Source of the DNA: Armatimonadota bacterium
Lineage (GTDB): Bacteria; Armatimonadota; HRBIN16
Length of the DNA: 64,000 nt
Direction of reading: 5' to 3'
Assembly (NCBI GenBank): GCA_963677485.1
Contig: OY781964.1
Coordinates: 2,176,001 to 2,240,000, forward strand
A model generated the notes under the pieces. It was not told the DNA's origin, made no database searches, and saw nothing but the letters and a program-made list of their open reading frames with translations. The position numbers and the translations under genes were made by a program. Numbering within the stretch: position 1 is the first letter of the stretch; the number at the start of each line of letters is the position of its first letter. This document shows positions 28,780 through 39,910 of this stretch, one piece after another.

Positions 28780-31503
28780 CTACCAGCTTCTATACACCGC
28801 ATTTTCGAGGTATAGAGGCTCTTTTGATTCGGATGTATTAGTCAACCGGACGAAGAGCTTGCCGCTGTTGAATACTCCATACACCGTCAGTCTGTTCAAG
28901 GCAGCAGGCTTGGATTCCTTCGCGTCTGACTCTGCGGTATCGTCCAGCTTAACATAGACGGACTTGTGCCCAAGATACTTTGAGATGTCCACAAATCGAA
29001 TCCAGCCAGCGTCTACCTCGGACTTCACATCAAACTGTTTGGCACTGAGCTCCTCCTGCCAGCTTTTGCCGTCAGTTGAACACAAGATGCGGTAGCCGTT
29101 CGTGACAATGAGCTCTAGCCAGCACTCGGTCATATCGGCCAGTTCCAGCTTGGCAATGCCTCGTTGTCGAGTCATCCGCTTTATCTGAATGAGCTCATCA
29201 TGGCTGCCAGTGAATGCGGAAAGGTCGACGGACTGATCAACCGCGTCGCTGCTCCAGGATTCACGCCGCGTGTACCAGCGCAACCCATCAGGCGAGACAT
29301 CGATGCGGAAACGACCCTTAAGCCGAAAATCTACACCGGCTCCACCGCCGGTGTGATCGAACTGATAGATCAACGGAGTGCTGCCCGCGGTGATCACACG
29401 CTGGCCATCTTTGAGTGTCCCCACAGACCGGTGAAGATGGGTCTTCTCAACCGAGCTGCCTGGTGTGAGTGCTGTGATTGCCACTTTCGGGGCTGTCGGC
29501 TTTTGGCCTTCAGGAAGCATTTTTAGTTCATCATGGCCTTTTGGGAAGCAGGGGTTATCGACCATCGGCTGATGAGGTATTTCCACACGGCCAGATGCAT
29601 CGTATACCGGGAAAGCCCCCAGCGGCAGCAGATACTTTTGTTGCTGAGGTATATTGGCACCCTTGAGCGCGTATCCAAGATACTCGGGGTTGGCATCGTC
29701 CTGCGCCCACGGGCCTGCGCCAGTGTCGTTCCATATGTCCTTCAGGGGCACCGTGGGGTTATTCCAGCCGTTGGGCACGTCCAGGTTTATTAGCGCGCGA
29801 ACATCATCCAGTCTGCCAGCATTGCCCCAAGCCCCCAACGGCAGAGCGCCGGAGTAGGTCTCAAATCCGCCAGGAGCCTGCATGGCCACACCGTAGCGGT
29901 AGATGCCCTTTGAGTCGATGGTGTATACCGTCTGTGCCCGCTCATAGGCCGCGAGATACTCAGGGTTGCCGGTGGCATCATACGCCAGCCATGCAGCTTT
30001 TATCGCATTGAAATGATCCCATCCGCTGGCCCATCCCTTGCCGTCGTATCCCGATTCGCTTAGCATACGCCGCATCGCCTGATCTACGAGCGGGGTATAC
30101 TTTTTAACCATTGGCTGGTCTCCTGTGACCTGTCCCGTTTTCACCATCCAGGCAGCGGCCTTGACGACGTGGAAGACCCGGACCAGCCTCATACCCTCTC
30201 GTTCCGCATCGAAGAGCTGATCTACGGCATTCGCTGCGTTGATACGCGCGGTCACAGCCAGGGGGTCACCGTATTTCGATAGTAAATAGGCACCCGCCGC
30301 CAACCCAGTGGCCGCTGCATTAACCAACTGCTGCGATGGGTAGCCGTTGTGCATCAGCTTACCATGTTTGAGGAAGTATCGGGCGTTTTGATGGATGTAG
30401 TCCATGTCGCTGGAGTTGACCCACTGGAACGGCAACAACCATACCTTACCGCCTGTTCGTCCAAAGCTCAGCCTGATCTCTCCATATCCATTTGGAGAGA
30501 AGGCCTCGATCTTCTCTGGCTGATCCTTCCACATGATTAACAATGCGGTGGAGTAGCCAGGGCTGGCGAAAGCGATCGGTTTTCGCACGATCAGGTAGTG
30601 AAAGCACGGCTTCGTGAAGCTCTTGTCACCCGCAATGTTTGATGCGAAGCTGGTGCTGCGGTCTGGCATGTGCAGTGTTCCGGGCACCTTTGGGTCACCA
30701 AGCAAGGCCATCGGCTTGCCTGGTTCACCGATGACCACTTGCAGTTTGTCTGTATCTTTAGATTCGAACCCATACTCCAACGGCATATCTTCATCGCTCA
30801 GCCAATACCGGCCTGTGAAAGCCACATTCAGACCATTCGAGATGTAGTGGCGTTTGATGACATACGGAGACTGGTTCCAGTAGCGCGGACTGCGGGCCAG
30901 GCCCAGACTTGCCGCTCCCTCGGGGGTATCGGTGTATTTGAACTGGTCTACGTTGTACCATTCAGCATGTTTCTGCACCCGGAAGCCCACCTTAATGGTG
31001 TCCTCTGCGGAATCGTTCCAATTGACCAGTGATAGTCGGCCCTGTTTCGAGGAGCCGGAGTCGTCAGAGATCAGGAAGCTCTTGCCTCCGCTGCGATGCC
31101 TGAAAAAGTAATATGACTTCGTCCCCGGTACATGCGCCGCGAGCATGCCCTTGACCATCCGCCTCATGAGCTCCAGCCGCACTACCGGTGAGTACTGATC
31201 CTCCCAGGCGATGCCCTCCATCAACCTGCCTGCATCATCGGGAAAGTGCAGGTGCCAGGCGTCCGATGTGATGCTGTCGAAGCCCAGGTGCGTGTACGCG
31301 GGCGTGTTCACGCGCATATCCAGCAGGTTCTCGCAGTAATTCATGCCCAGGTAGTTCAGTTTCACCAGGTCGTAGGGTTTGAAATCCTGCCGTAGCGCAT
31401 CGGCTGAACCCAGCAACCTAGGCCCCTCAGCCGCGGCCATGGCAGCCGCTCTGGCGAGTATGAGTATGGTACACATGATGAGCGTTTTATATATCATGGA
31501 CAC
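28780..31503 (-). CDS. Secreted hypothetical protein, probable alpha/alpha-toroid core with C-terminal beta-sandwich domains
   Basis: 907-aa ORF; signal peptide; helical AWLAYDATGNPEYLAAYER segment typical of six-hairpin folds. Confidence 0.6.
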   Translation of the reverse strand: MSMIYKTLIMCTILILARAAAMAAAEGPRLLGSADALRQDFKPYDLVKLNYLGMNYCENLLDMRVNTPAYTHLGFDSITSDAWHLHFPDDAGRLMEGIAWEDQYSPVVRLELMRRMVKGMLAAHVPGTKSYYFFRHRSGGKSFLISDDSGSSKQGRLSLVNWNDSAEDTIKVGFRVQKHAEWYNVDQFKYTDTPEGAASLGLARSPRYWNQSPYVIKRHYISNGLNVAFTGRYWLSDEDMPLEYGFESKDTDKLQVVIGEPGKPMALLGDPKVPGTLHMPDRSTSFASNIAGDKSFTKPCFHYLIVRKPIAFASPGYSTALLIMWKDQPEKIEAFSPNGYGEIRLSFGRTGGKVWLLPFQWVNSSDMDYIHQNARYFLKHGKLMHNGYPSQQLVNAAATGLAAGAYLLSKYGDPLAVTARINAANAVDQLFDAEREGMRLVRVFHVVKAAAWMVKTGQVTGDQPMVKKYTPLVDQAMRRMLSESGYDGKGWASGWDHFNAIKAAWLAYDATGNPEYLAAYERAQTVYTIDSKGIYRYGVAMQAPGGFETYSGALPLGAWGNAGRLDDVRALINLDVPNGWNNPTVPLKDIWNDTGAGPWAQDDANPEYLGYALKGANIPQQQKYLLPLGAFPVYDASGRVEIPHQPMVDNPCFPKGHDELKMLPEGQKPTAPKVAITALTPGSSVEKTHLHRSVGTLKDGQRVITAGSTPLIYQFDHTGGGAGVDFRLKGRFRIDVSPDGLRWYTRRESWSSDAVDQSVDLSAFTGSHDELIQIKRMTRQRGIAKLELADMTECWLELIVTNGYRILCSTDGKSWQEELSAKQFDVKSEVDAGWIRFVDISKYLGHKSVYVKLDDTAESDAKESKPAALNRLTVYGVFNSGKLFVRLTNTSESKEPLYLENAVYRSW

Positions 31504-31854
31504 ATTGTAGCACGCTATGAGGAAGTGGGCAATGGTCGGATGGGCGTGGTGAATTTTGGTGGCTACTCCTCTTCCTGAACGTAGTAGCGTGGGTGACTTA
31601 ACCGCGGTAGGGAGGCTAACCGGCTACAATCCACGCTGTTGGCCTCTGGCTACGAGTTCAACGAGCTGCCAGAACGGCACGGTCTACAGCCAACCTGACC
31701 GGCATATCTGCCCGAAATACCATTGTGGCACTTCGGGAGTAATTTGCAGATAATGGTTGTAGTGTTGCACATCATATCAGCGGCAAGGATATATGAGAAA
31801 CAAGGGCAAGCGACAATAGCGGTGAACCCCTAGCTTCATCCCTGAGGTAGATAT

Positions 31855-32949
31855 ATGACTAAGCGTGACCGGTACCTGAGAGCTCTGCACAACGAGAAGG
31901 TGGATGAGCTGGTATGGGCTCCCAACTTCGACTACTGGCTGAACGTCAACCGCGCGGAGGGCACCCTGCCTGAGCGTTACCGTGAGATGTCGCGCAACGA
32001 CATGGTGCGGGCGGTTGGCGGCACGTTGTGGAACCGCGCCGGCGGGATCATCAGCCGCCTTGACCCCAGCGTGACCGAGAGCCGATGGGTGCAAGGTGAT
32101 GACACCATCCACCAACTCACCACCCCGCTGGGCAGCATTCAGGAGGTCTACCGGCACTCCGAAGGACCGCACCGCACGATGGCTTTGGTGGAGCACTTTG
32201 TGAAGGACTTGGACACGCTGGAGATCATGAAATATGTTGTCGAGGCCACGCATTATGAGCCCGACCATTCGGCCACCCAGCGGGCACTCGATGAGACCGG
32301 TGATGAGGGCATCGTGCTGACCACCTACTTCAGCATGCCGTTCATTCAGTTCGCCAAGGTGGATGCCGGTTATGTGAATGGCTTCTACCTGTGGGCAGAT
32401 CACCGCGAAGAGGTGGATTCGCTGATAGAGCTTTACTTCAAGAAATTCCTGGAGGGGTATCGTATTCTGGCTGAGGGGCCGTCAGATGTCATCGGTAACG
32501 GCGACAACATGGATGGTCTGATGATCTCGCCTTCCATATTCAGAGAGTATGCGGTGCCGTTCTACCGCGAGGTGCAGAGGATTTGTTCTGCGAAGGGCAA
32601 GCTCTGCCAGGGACACTGGTGCGGCCGCACCCAGAGCCTTTTACCGCTGGTGCCCGACTGCGGGCTGGACATCGTGGAGGCGATCGTGACCAAGCCGATG
32701 GCCAATGTCACCCTGCATGATGCGCTGGAGATGCTGCAGGGTAAAGTGGTGCTGCAGGGAGGCATCCCTTCGGTGCTGGTCTGCGATGAGGGTGCCACCA
32801 GGGATGAGTTTCTGCGTTACATCGATGAGGTTATACTGCCGCTCAAGGGCCGCAAGGGTTTCGTACTGGGCATGTCCGACAACGTGCCCCCGAACGCTGA
32901 CTTCTCGCGGGTTGAGATGATAGCGGAGCTGGTCGCCGGGGCCTGTTAG
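31855..32949 (+). CDS. Uroporphyrinogen decarboxylase/methyltransferase (URO-D/MtbA-like) family protein
   Basis: MTKRDRYLRAL start, GDNMDGLMISPSIFREYAVPFY, HWCG, LQGGIP and GFVLGMSDNVP; GAGG RBS. Confidence 0.85.
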   Translation: MTKRDRYLRALHNEKVDELVWAPNFDYWLNVNRAEGTLPERYREMSRNDMVRAVGGTLWNRAGGIISRLDPSVTESRWVQGDDTIHQLTTPLGSIQEVYRHSEGPHRTMALVEHFVKDLDTLEIMKYVVEATHYEPDHSATQRALDETGDEGIVLTTYFSMPFIQFAKVDAGYVNGFYLWADHREEVDSLIELYFKKFLEGYRILAEGPSDVIGNGDNMDGLMISPSIFREYAVPFYREVQRICSAKGKLCQGHWCGRTQSLLPLVPDCGLDIVEAIVTKPMANVTLHDALEMLQGKVVLQGGIPSVLVCDEGATRDEFLRYIDEVILPLKGRKGFVLGMSDNVPPNADFSRVEMIAELVAGAC

Positions 32950-32959
32950 GCGTTCAGTT

Positions 32960-33177
32960 TCACGCGAAGACGCGAAGGCGCGAAGGGTTTGCAGCACGGC
33001 GTCGTTGTTTTAACCACTAATAAACACGAATGAACACAAATGGTAAGCGCACGGCAGAACGTCCTACTCGTCCTACTCATCTGACATGTCCTACACTGCA
33101 CGGGAAAACCAAAGCAAAGCTGCGAAGGGTATGTGCCTTTTATTTACCGCGGATAAACACGAATGAACGCGGATGGG
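32960..33177. repeat. Family D cluster (CAC-type orientation)
   Basis: TCACGCGAAGACGCGAAGGCGCGAAG; TTAACCACTAATAAACACGAATGAACACAAAT; GTCCTACTCGTCCTACTC; TTTACCGCGGATAAACACGAATGAACGCGGAT. Confidence 0.8.
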
Positions 33178-33202
33178 AAGACACAGTGCGGTGGCCAGCT
33201 CG

Positions 33203-34345
33203 TTAGTGCTTCCGGCTGATGATCTCCTGCACCCTGACGGCAATGTTGGCGCCGAACAGGGCTTGACCATACGTCGACGGGTGGACGCCATCGTAGGTGT
33301 GCTGTGTCGATCCGCCGTTCTGGGTGATCGTCGCATTCAATGAGGGCACGTCGATGAGGTATATCCGTTGGTCCTTCGCTTTATGGCGCGCCGCGACCAC
33401 GGCGGTGATCTCGTCGCGGTGGGAACCTGAGCCCGGCAGCACGCAGAAAATCTGCGCGTTCGGACACGCCTTACGCACGGCGGTGGCCCATTCGAGATAG
33501 TTGCTGGTCACATCAAGGCCGCCGTAATCATTGGTGCCCATGTTGCAGAACACATAGTCAGGCTCAGGGAGCAGCAAGCCGTTCTTCAGCCGCGAGGTTT
33601 GGGCATCATAGTGATCCCAGCTCTTGTTCAGCGACGGCAACTGCATCACCCTGACCATTCCCTGTCCGCCCGAACCCAGCAGACCATACTCACAATCAAG
33701 AGCTGAGCATACGATGGGGAACCAACTGCATCTGGCGTTGTTGGGCTCCAAGATCGACCACGAGGTGAAAAGTGCCTCAACACCAACACCCTCGGTGATC
33801 GAATCGCCAAACCCGATGGCCAGTTTGGAGCGTTTGGGATAAGCTGCGATGCTGCCGCCGTCGTCCAGCGATAGGCCCGCAATGCGCAGGTGGGTGGTCG
33901 ATGCCGTCCAGCGGTTCACCATCAGGTCCGCCGCACGGAAATAGAACTCCACGCGGTGCGGCACCGAACCGTCCAACTGGCCTGATATCGGAAGCGTATA
34001 CAGGCCGCCTGTCTGGGAAAGCTGCACATGCGTGAACGGCCCTCCGTCTATGGAAAACTCCACCACCGGCATCGAGCCGGCTGGACAGTTTTCATTGGCG
34101 GTTCCGTCAATCACCACTCCAACGCTGCTGGTGCCCTTCACGATCGTCTTAAAATAGGCTCCAGGCATGGTGGCTTCCGCTCGTGCTTGATCTGCTTTAC
34201 CGGAACACTTCCAAACATATGGTGATAGCCCGAACTCTGAGCGGTCACACGGTATGGTGGTCGCGGCTTGAGCACCTCTGGCCAGGACCAATCCAGCAGC
34301 CAGTATAAGCACGGCGCAGCATGGTGTCAACATATTCATCTTCAA
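33203..34345 (-). CDS. Secreted SGNH/GDSL esterase (CE2-like architecture)
   Basis: GFGDSITEG, NMGTND and DGVHPS blocks; signal peptide. Confidence 0.9.
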   Translation of the reverse strand: MKMNMLTPCCAVLILAAGLVLARGAQAATTIPCDRSEFGLSPYVWKCSGKADQARAEATMPGAYFKTIVKGTSSVGVVIDGTANENCPAGSMPVVEFSIDGGPFTHVQLSQTGGLYTLPISGQLDGSVPHRVEFYFRAADLMVNRWTASTTHLRIAGLSLDDGGSIAAYPKRSKLAIGFGDSITEGVGVEALFTSWSILEPNNARCSWFPIVCSALDCEYGLLGSGGQGMVRVMQLPSLNKSWDHYDAQTSRLKNGLLLPEPDYVFCNMGTNDYGGLDVTSNYLEWATAVRKACPNAQIFCVLPGSGSHRDEITAVVAARHKAKDQRIYLIDVPSLNATITQNGGSTQHTYDGVHPSTYGQALFGANIAVRVQEIISRKH

Positions 34346-34482
34346 TATCCCTTATATGCGGTTTACGGTCATTACTGTGATACCATCCATGCGGGGCCGT
34401 GTCAATGGCATGTCTACCGATACAGACCATCTCAGCTAATGGCAGCTTAGAACCGCTGAGCAATCGAGCGTTCGGTATCGGC

Positions 34483-35514
34483 TTATATCTTGAACCTGAC
34501 GGCATCATCAAGCAGCGGGGTTTTCTTGACCATTATCTTCATTGGATCATCATCGTCTGGGCATTCTGCGATCTCAATCAGCCCTAGGAAACCAGCGTAG
34601 TCAACTAATGCACGGCTTGTATAACAAAATCGAACTCCGCTTTCATATCCCTCAATCATCGGGTTCCCATCTTCATCTTGCAGGAGAGTGGGGAATGCAC
34701 GTAGTATGGCATCCTCGTAGAAGGTATTCGTCCGGAACTCATCGCCATATTTATGCAGCATGTAGAGCGAAAAAGCGAATGTATCTTGAAACTCGAACAT
34801 CTCTGGAAAATCATCACCACGACCCCAAGGCACATCCTCAGCCGCGGCACGCAGTATCATAGGATATAAAGCTTGAACCCCAGCCCCGCCTAACAATCGT
34901 CTGCACTCTGCACTCAGGCTTAACGAGCCTTTCATGCAGTCGATGATACCTACAGTCGCGGCTAGTTCCAGAATCTGACTTAATCCATCAAACATCAAGT
35001 CATCATCGATCGTCCCGTCCTTCATAAATTCGAGGACTGCTTCCTCCTGGAAGTATGCCTTCACAAGTTCGCGAGCTGCTTTGGTGGGCAGGCTGCCGTC
35101 TTTCTTCAACTTCATGCCTGTGAGACCGATCTCTTGTAGCAGGGTCACAAGCAGCCTCATAACTGGCGTCTCCGGCCATCCGGTCATGACCTCAGGAAAC
35201 TCCACGATTTCTGGAGATTCGAAAGGTACATTGATGAGTTTGAGCATTTGGACTGGGGTCAAACCATCGAAATCATCGCATGGCTGTTTATTACTAAGCG
35301 CATATGGACTAGGAATGAACCTGGCTTGTGCATAGGCTTGTTCCATACCATGCGGGATTTCCATTTCGGCATAGTCGGATAGCATCTTGTCTACGTCGAG
35401 TTCTTCGAATGGGTCGCTGATGACAAGCTTGTTTTCGTCTTTACCTAAGCAGCACTTCTTGTATTTTTTCCCGCTGCCGCAGGGGCACAGATCATTCCGT
35501 CCAACTTTTTCCAT
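34483..35514 (-). CDS. SEC-C metal-binding motif protein
   Basis: N-terminal [20 protein letters not shown]; AAGGAG RBS; acidic body of unknown function. Confidence 0.85.
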   Translation of the reverse strand: MEKVGRNDLCPCGSGKKYKKCCLGKDENKLVISDPFEELDVDKMLSDYAEMEIPHGMEQAYAQARFIPSPYALSNKQPCDDFDGLTPVQMLKLINVPFESPEIVEFPEVMTGWPETPVMRLLVTLLQEIGLTGMKLKKDGSLPTKAARELVKAYFQEEAVLEFMKDGTIDDDLMFDGLSQILELAATVGIIDCMKGSLSLSAECRRLLGGAGVQALYPMILRAAAEDVPWGRGDDFPEMFEFQDTFAFSLYMLHKYGDEFRTNTFYEDAILRAFPTLLQDEDGNPMIEGYESGVRFCYTSRALVDYAGFLGLIEIAECPDDDDPMKIMVKKTPLLDDAVRFKI

Positions 35515-35736
35515 ATCAGCTACGCTCCTTCAAGATCGTCTTCATATATCGCTTTGTCGGGGATCGCTTGCGCCTTAGTGAGAGCGGAAGCACTAATAGA
35601 TTTTTTGCCTGGCAACAACAATACCTCGTGTGTGTAGATATGACCACAGCCCATGGACCGGCCCTCACATAGAGTTTAGCATCCAATCGCCGTCCATATC
35701 AGAAGCGCCGAGCCCGTGAATATGCGACGCCACCGA

Positions 35737-35870
35737 CCGGGGCGGTTTTCTCCTAACCTCGCCGGTGGTGATCTATGCGTGACAAGGGATTTCCGGCTAA
35801 CCGCCAGACCGGCGCGGTCTATAGCCTTCTGTTGCCGATAGCCTACTGTCAGACCGCCCCGGACATAGCC
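35737..35870. repeat. Family A element (reverse orientation relative to 9516)
   Basis: Aligns over about 130 nt with the reverse complement of 9518-9650. Confidence 0.85.
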
Positions 35871-35901
35871 ATGATGTTCTTGACTCCGAAATGGTTGGCC
35901 G

Positions 35902-38184
35902 TTACCTGGCGACGCGCTTGGGCATGAACTTCACCGACAACACGAGCTGATCGCCCGGCTCTGTGCCTTGTTCGACGCTGGGCTTGAGCGGGTATTTGAC
36001 ATCCCAGTGCTCGGAGGGCATATCTGCTAAGCCGATCCACTCCAGGCTGACCAGGTGCTTCATGATGTCAGGCAGTGATGAGGTATTGAAGCTGACGCCT
36101 CCATACATATCTGGCTTCAGCGGGATATTCTGAAGCACGAGCCGCTTCTTCGAGTATTGCGGTTTATCACCCGTCTCTTTCATACATATCCGCTCAGCCA
36201 CAAGACGTGTGAGCGTGCCGCCATCTGCTGAAACAGTGCCCTCTACACTGACCGGCCCGGCATACTCGTCGGCGGTCTCCAGCGGGCCAGGGTCACCATC
36301 CCTTGCCTTTCCGGTGATGCGGAATGTGTTTCCGCTCCAGGTATGCGTGTCGATGTCAATGTAACCCTCGATAGAGGTGGTCCATGCGTAATCTGGTGAG
36401 TCATACATCTGCGACGAGGGCAGCTTTGTGCCCTTACTGTCACGATAGGTGACGGATAGGTGAACATCAACCCATGAGCCGGACAGGTTGATGTTTGTGG
36501 CTGGCTTTACAGCAGGTTTCTCCGTTGTTTTCGGGGCCGGTTTCGCCGGTGGCTTGGGGGTGGCAGGCTTCGATGGGGGTATCACGGTCAAAGCGACGGG
36601 CTGTTCGGCCACATCGGACTTCACCAGGATGCCGCCCATGTCTATGGCGACCGCATAGAGTATCTTGTTGGTCTTTTTGTCGCGCTGTAATGCGGCCAGG
36701 ATATCTGTGGTGAACTCCGCCGCGTTCACCGTAAAGTTGCCGTTCCCTTTATATGACATTGGCAGCCAGTAGTTCTTTTTCGTGCCAACCATGGTGAAAA
36801 GCAGCACACGGTCGCGCGCGGTCGGGCAGACCGAAGCCGATGATTTCTGATAGCTGGAGCTTTCTTTGTCCCAGGCGAAGGTGTCCGCGTGGAAGGTGAT
36901 GGTCTTGGTCTTGATGTCCAGACTGGGCAGCGTGAGGTTAACCCGCGGGATGCAGATCTCCAGCAGCCGCGCGTTGGCGGCAATCGCTTCGGGCACCAGC
37001 GTGTTGGCCTGGTCCATCGCACACACACGATCAATGCGGTGACGTCCGTCGGCATCACGGCGCGCCAGATTGCTCCCCGCGCTGTTTTGGTAGTATCCGC
37101 TGCCGTCTGCAGTAGAACTGGCCACAAACTTCAATCCATCCAATAGCGGCGCCGCGAACGCCTTGGGCTGCTTGTTGAAGCCGTTGACGTGCACTTTGGT
37201 CACGCCATCGGTGCCAGCGACCGTGTCGGTGGAGAAATACTTCGAGTTGGTGAAACGGGCGACAGCCTCAAACAGCTCTTCTGGGGTGACGCATTTATCG
37301 ATGGCCGTTTGAAACGCGGGGTTGACGGAATACTTTTCTCTGTCGGTCACCTCAGAGGCCGTGACATACTCCTCATATGGGTCGCCCTTCAGGTCCTTCA
37401 AATTCTCCCAGTAGCGGCTTAACGCCCCGGGGTGAGCGTCGTTGCGCACGTGTGCCGGCACCGTCATGTCGGCCAGCAGATGCTGCATCTCACCCAGGCT
37501 GCGCCACACCTTCCCGTACCGTCCGGGGCCCGCAGCCAGATCAGAGCCCTTCCAGGCCTGTGACAGGTTATCGGTGAATGTCTTGTTCGAGTACGGAGAG
37601 GCACTCATCGCCCATTGCTTACAGTCCATGCGCGGATTAGCGCCCATCAGTAATGGAGAGAGGGTTGGGTCAAGTGAATCGGTCAGATAGGGGACATTCT
37701 CTTTCCGGGTTTGACTGTCGTAACCACTGCTGGTGGGGTCGTAGAAATGGCGCAGAGCCATATAGGATTCGGGTTCATCGGCCGTATACCCGCCTTCAAT
37801 CATCCACCAGAGGAAGGGTCGACTCGCCATGCTTTCGGTGATGTATGTCGGCAGCCAGGGTAGCCCTTTAACGTCGATCGACACCTCGTCACGATGCCAG
37901 TCGCCGCTCTCTGTCACCGTCAAGCAGTCCGCCACGAACGGGTGCTCACCGGCCTGCAGCTTGATGCCGAGTTCGGCCGCACTGGAGGGCACGAAGTCGT
38001 ATTTGGATAGAATTGGGTCCTTCTCTGCCCTGGCAAGGAACAGGATGAGTGCGTATTCGTTGATCTTACGGTGGGCGCCTCCCTGTCCATTGGCACCATC
38101 GGCATTGCCGTAGCCCCACGCCAGTGGTGAGGTGACCAACATAACTGCCAGCACAGCCAGAATAACCAAAGCCGATTTATTCAT
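35902..38184 (-). CDS. Secreted Zn-dependent phospholipase C / S1-P1 nuclease-fold protein with a Pro/Lys/Ala linker and C-terminal domain
   Basis: Start MNKSALVIL at 38184 (GAGG RBS); AHRKIN, ADEPE, RHFYDP, HLLADMTVPAHVRNDAH and YEEYV metal-ligand pattern. Confidence 0.7.
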   Translation of the reverse strand: MNKSALVILAVLAVMLVTSPLAWGYGNADGANGQGGAHRKINEYALILFLARAEKDPILSKYDFVPSSAAELGIKLQAGEHPFVADCLTVTESGDWHRDEVSIDVKGLPWLPTYITESMASRPFLWWMIEGGYTADEPESYMALRHFYDPTSSGYDSQTRKENVPYLTDSLDPTLSPLLMGANPRMDCKQWAMSASPYSNKTFTDNLSQAWKGSDLAAGPGRYGKVWRSLGEMQHLLADMTVPAHVRNDAHPGALSRYWENLKDLKGDPYEEYVTASEVTDREKYSVNPAFQTAIDKCVTPEELFEAVARFTNSKYFSTDTVAGTDGVTKVHVNGFNKQPKAFAAPLLDGLKFVASSTADGSGYYQNSAGSNLARRDADGRHRIDRVCAMDQANTLVPEAIAANARLLEICIPRVNLTLPSLDIKTKTITFHADTFAWDKESSSYQKSSASVCPTARDRVLLFTMVGTKKNYWLPMSYKGNGNFTVNAAEFTTDILAALQRDKKTNKILYAVAIDMGGILVKSDVAEQPVALTVIPPSKPATPKPPAKPAPKTTEKPAVKPATNINLSGSWVDVHLSVTYRDSKGTKLPSSQMYDSPDYAWTTSIEGYIDIDTHTWSGNTFRITGKARDGDPGPLETADEYAGPVSVEGTVSADGGTLTRLVAERICMKETGDKPQYSKKRLVLQNIPLKPDMYGGVSFNTSSLPDIMKHLVSLEWIGLADMPSEHWDVKYPLKPSVEQGTEPGDQLVLSVKFMPKRVAR

Positions 38185-38389
38185 GCGCAACCTCGATTCA
38201 TGAGTTGCAGACCCGTCGCAACCTCGTATCCATTGCCGCAGCCCGATTTGATGTCTTAAGTATAGCATACGAACCGGCCATATTATGTATCGAAAGGGAC
38301 ACACCTCTGTAGTTGAGTTAGGGTAGAATTGAACACAAGGGCACGGTGTTTACCGCCCTATCATACCGCAGCACAGAGGATGGATCATA

Positions 38390-39658
38390 TTGATGATGAG
38401 AATGATGGTGTTAATATTGTTCGGTGCGTTACTGGCTGTCATGCCCGCCATGGCCGCAGCACCGTACAGCGTCTCTGCGGCGGAATTCGGGGCCAAAGGC
38501 GACGGCATCGCGGACGACACGGTGGCGATCCAGCGCGCGCTGGATGCTGTGGCCAGCAAGGGCGGAGTGGCCAATCTGCCGGCGGGTTCCTACCTGATCT
38601 CTGCAGCATTGGTGGTTCCGCACGGTGTCACGCTGCTGGGCGAGGGTGCCCGCTGGGAGGGCTCCGCTACCAAGCTGATCGTGCCCAAGAACGGCTACTC
38701 GGCCATCAAGCTGAACCACGGCAGCTCCGTCAAGGCGCTGGGTATCGTCTACCCCAACAACCGCAACAACGCGCATCCGGTGGCCTACCCGCCGTCCATA
38801 TTGCTCGAAGGCATCAACCCCAGCGTGGAGAACATCGTGTTTGACTGCGCCTGGATCGGCATCTCCACACCTCCTGGCGGCGGCAACTCAGGGCAGGGGA
38901 TGTTTAGAGAGATCACCGGCTTCGTGCATCATGTGGGCATCCACCTCTCGGGCTGCCGCGATGTGAACCGCATCATCGATGTCCATTGGTTCGTCGGCGG
39001 TGATAACAGCGATGAGCCAGCCTACTTTGGCCGCAACCGTGTGGGGTTTGAGTTCGGTGATGTGGACGGCCTGATCATGGACCGCTGTTTCATGATTGGC
39101 GGCAAGACTTTCTTCCATCAGTTGCCCCGGAAAGACACGCCCAACGGCAAGAATGAAGCCGCGCACTCTCTGGGACATCACATCAACCTCTGCTGGATAG
39201 AGGATGTGGAGAAGGGCTTCGTGTTCGAGGGCATGACCGGTTTCGTGCTGAGCAGCACCAACATCCTGGTGCGCGAGGGTGGGGTCGGCGTGAGCGTGAT
39301 CCCGCAAAGCCTCTACTACAACGGGGTGATTAGCGGCGTGCAGGTTCGCACCTTCGGCAAACCCGCCGTGGGCATCGAGTTCGACCCCAAGACGCCGCAT
39401 ATCAGGAACCGGCTGAGCATTTCCGACTGCCAGGTGGTGGACGGTGCGCCCGCGATTCGGCTTGGCCCGGGTACCCGCCGGGTGAACCTGCATGACAACC
39501 ACCTGCAGGCCGCGCCGCAACAGCCATCAGTGCTCATTGAGAAGGGGGCTGACCTGCTGGTCATTACCAACAACGTGCTGACAGGCGGCACCGGCATCAT
39601 AGACAACTCTGGCAAGAAGACGCAGAAAACCATCACGGGCAACCTGGTGGAGAAGTAG
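38390..39658 (+). CDS. Secreted right-handed beta-helix protein (pectate_lyase_3/GH28-related)
   Basis: EFGAKGDGIADDTVAIQRALD...LPAGSYLI...GVTLLG signature; signal peptide. Confidence 0.85.
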   Translation: MMMRMMVLILFGALLAVMPAMAAAPYSVSAAEFGAKGDGIADDTVAIQRALDAVASKGGVANLPAGSYLISAALVVPHGVTLLGEGARWEGSATKLIVPKNGYSAIKLNHGSSVKALGIVYPNNRNNAHPVAYPPSILLEGINPSVENIVFDCAWIGISTPPGGGNSGQGMFREITGFVHHVGIHLSGCRDVNRIIDVHWFVGGDNSDEPAYFGRNRVGFEFGDVDGLIMDRCFMIGGKTFFHQLPRKDTPNGKNEAAHSLGHHINLCWIEDVEKGFVFEGMTGFVLSSTNILVREGGVGVSVIPQSLYYNGVISGVQVRTFGKPAVGIEFDPKTPHIRNRLSISDCQVVDGAPAIRLGPGTRRVNLHDNHLQAAPQQPSVLIEKGADLLVITNNVLTGGTGIIDNSGKKTQKTITGNLVEK

Positions 39659-39910
39659 GTTATAAGCCAGTATGGAGAGCACCATATGAGGCATCACCGC
39701 GCTTTATCCCGTTATCCCTGGGGCACGTGATTGGGGCAATCGGGCAGTGTGCATCTCGAACCTGCGGTACTCGTATATGGCTGCGGACTGATTTCGTTTC
39801 GGAGATGACCCTATAGGTCACATAATATCTGCTGATAACCTGTAACACTCGTTGTAGAATCGCTGTCTGTTATATGAACGGCATGAATTCGTTACCTGCA
39901 GGAGGGTGTC

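Noticed and set aside
31855-32949. hemE (true uroporphyrinogen decarboxylase)
   Set aside because: It lacks the RQAGR motif and has the HxCG metal-site pattern of the methyltransferase-like branch, so no gene symbol is assigned.
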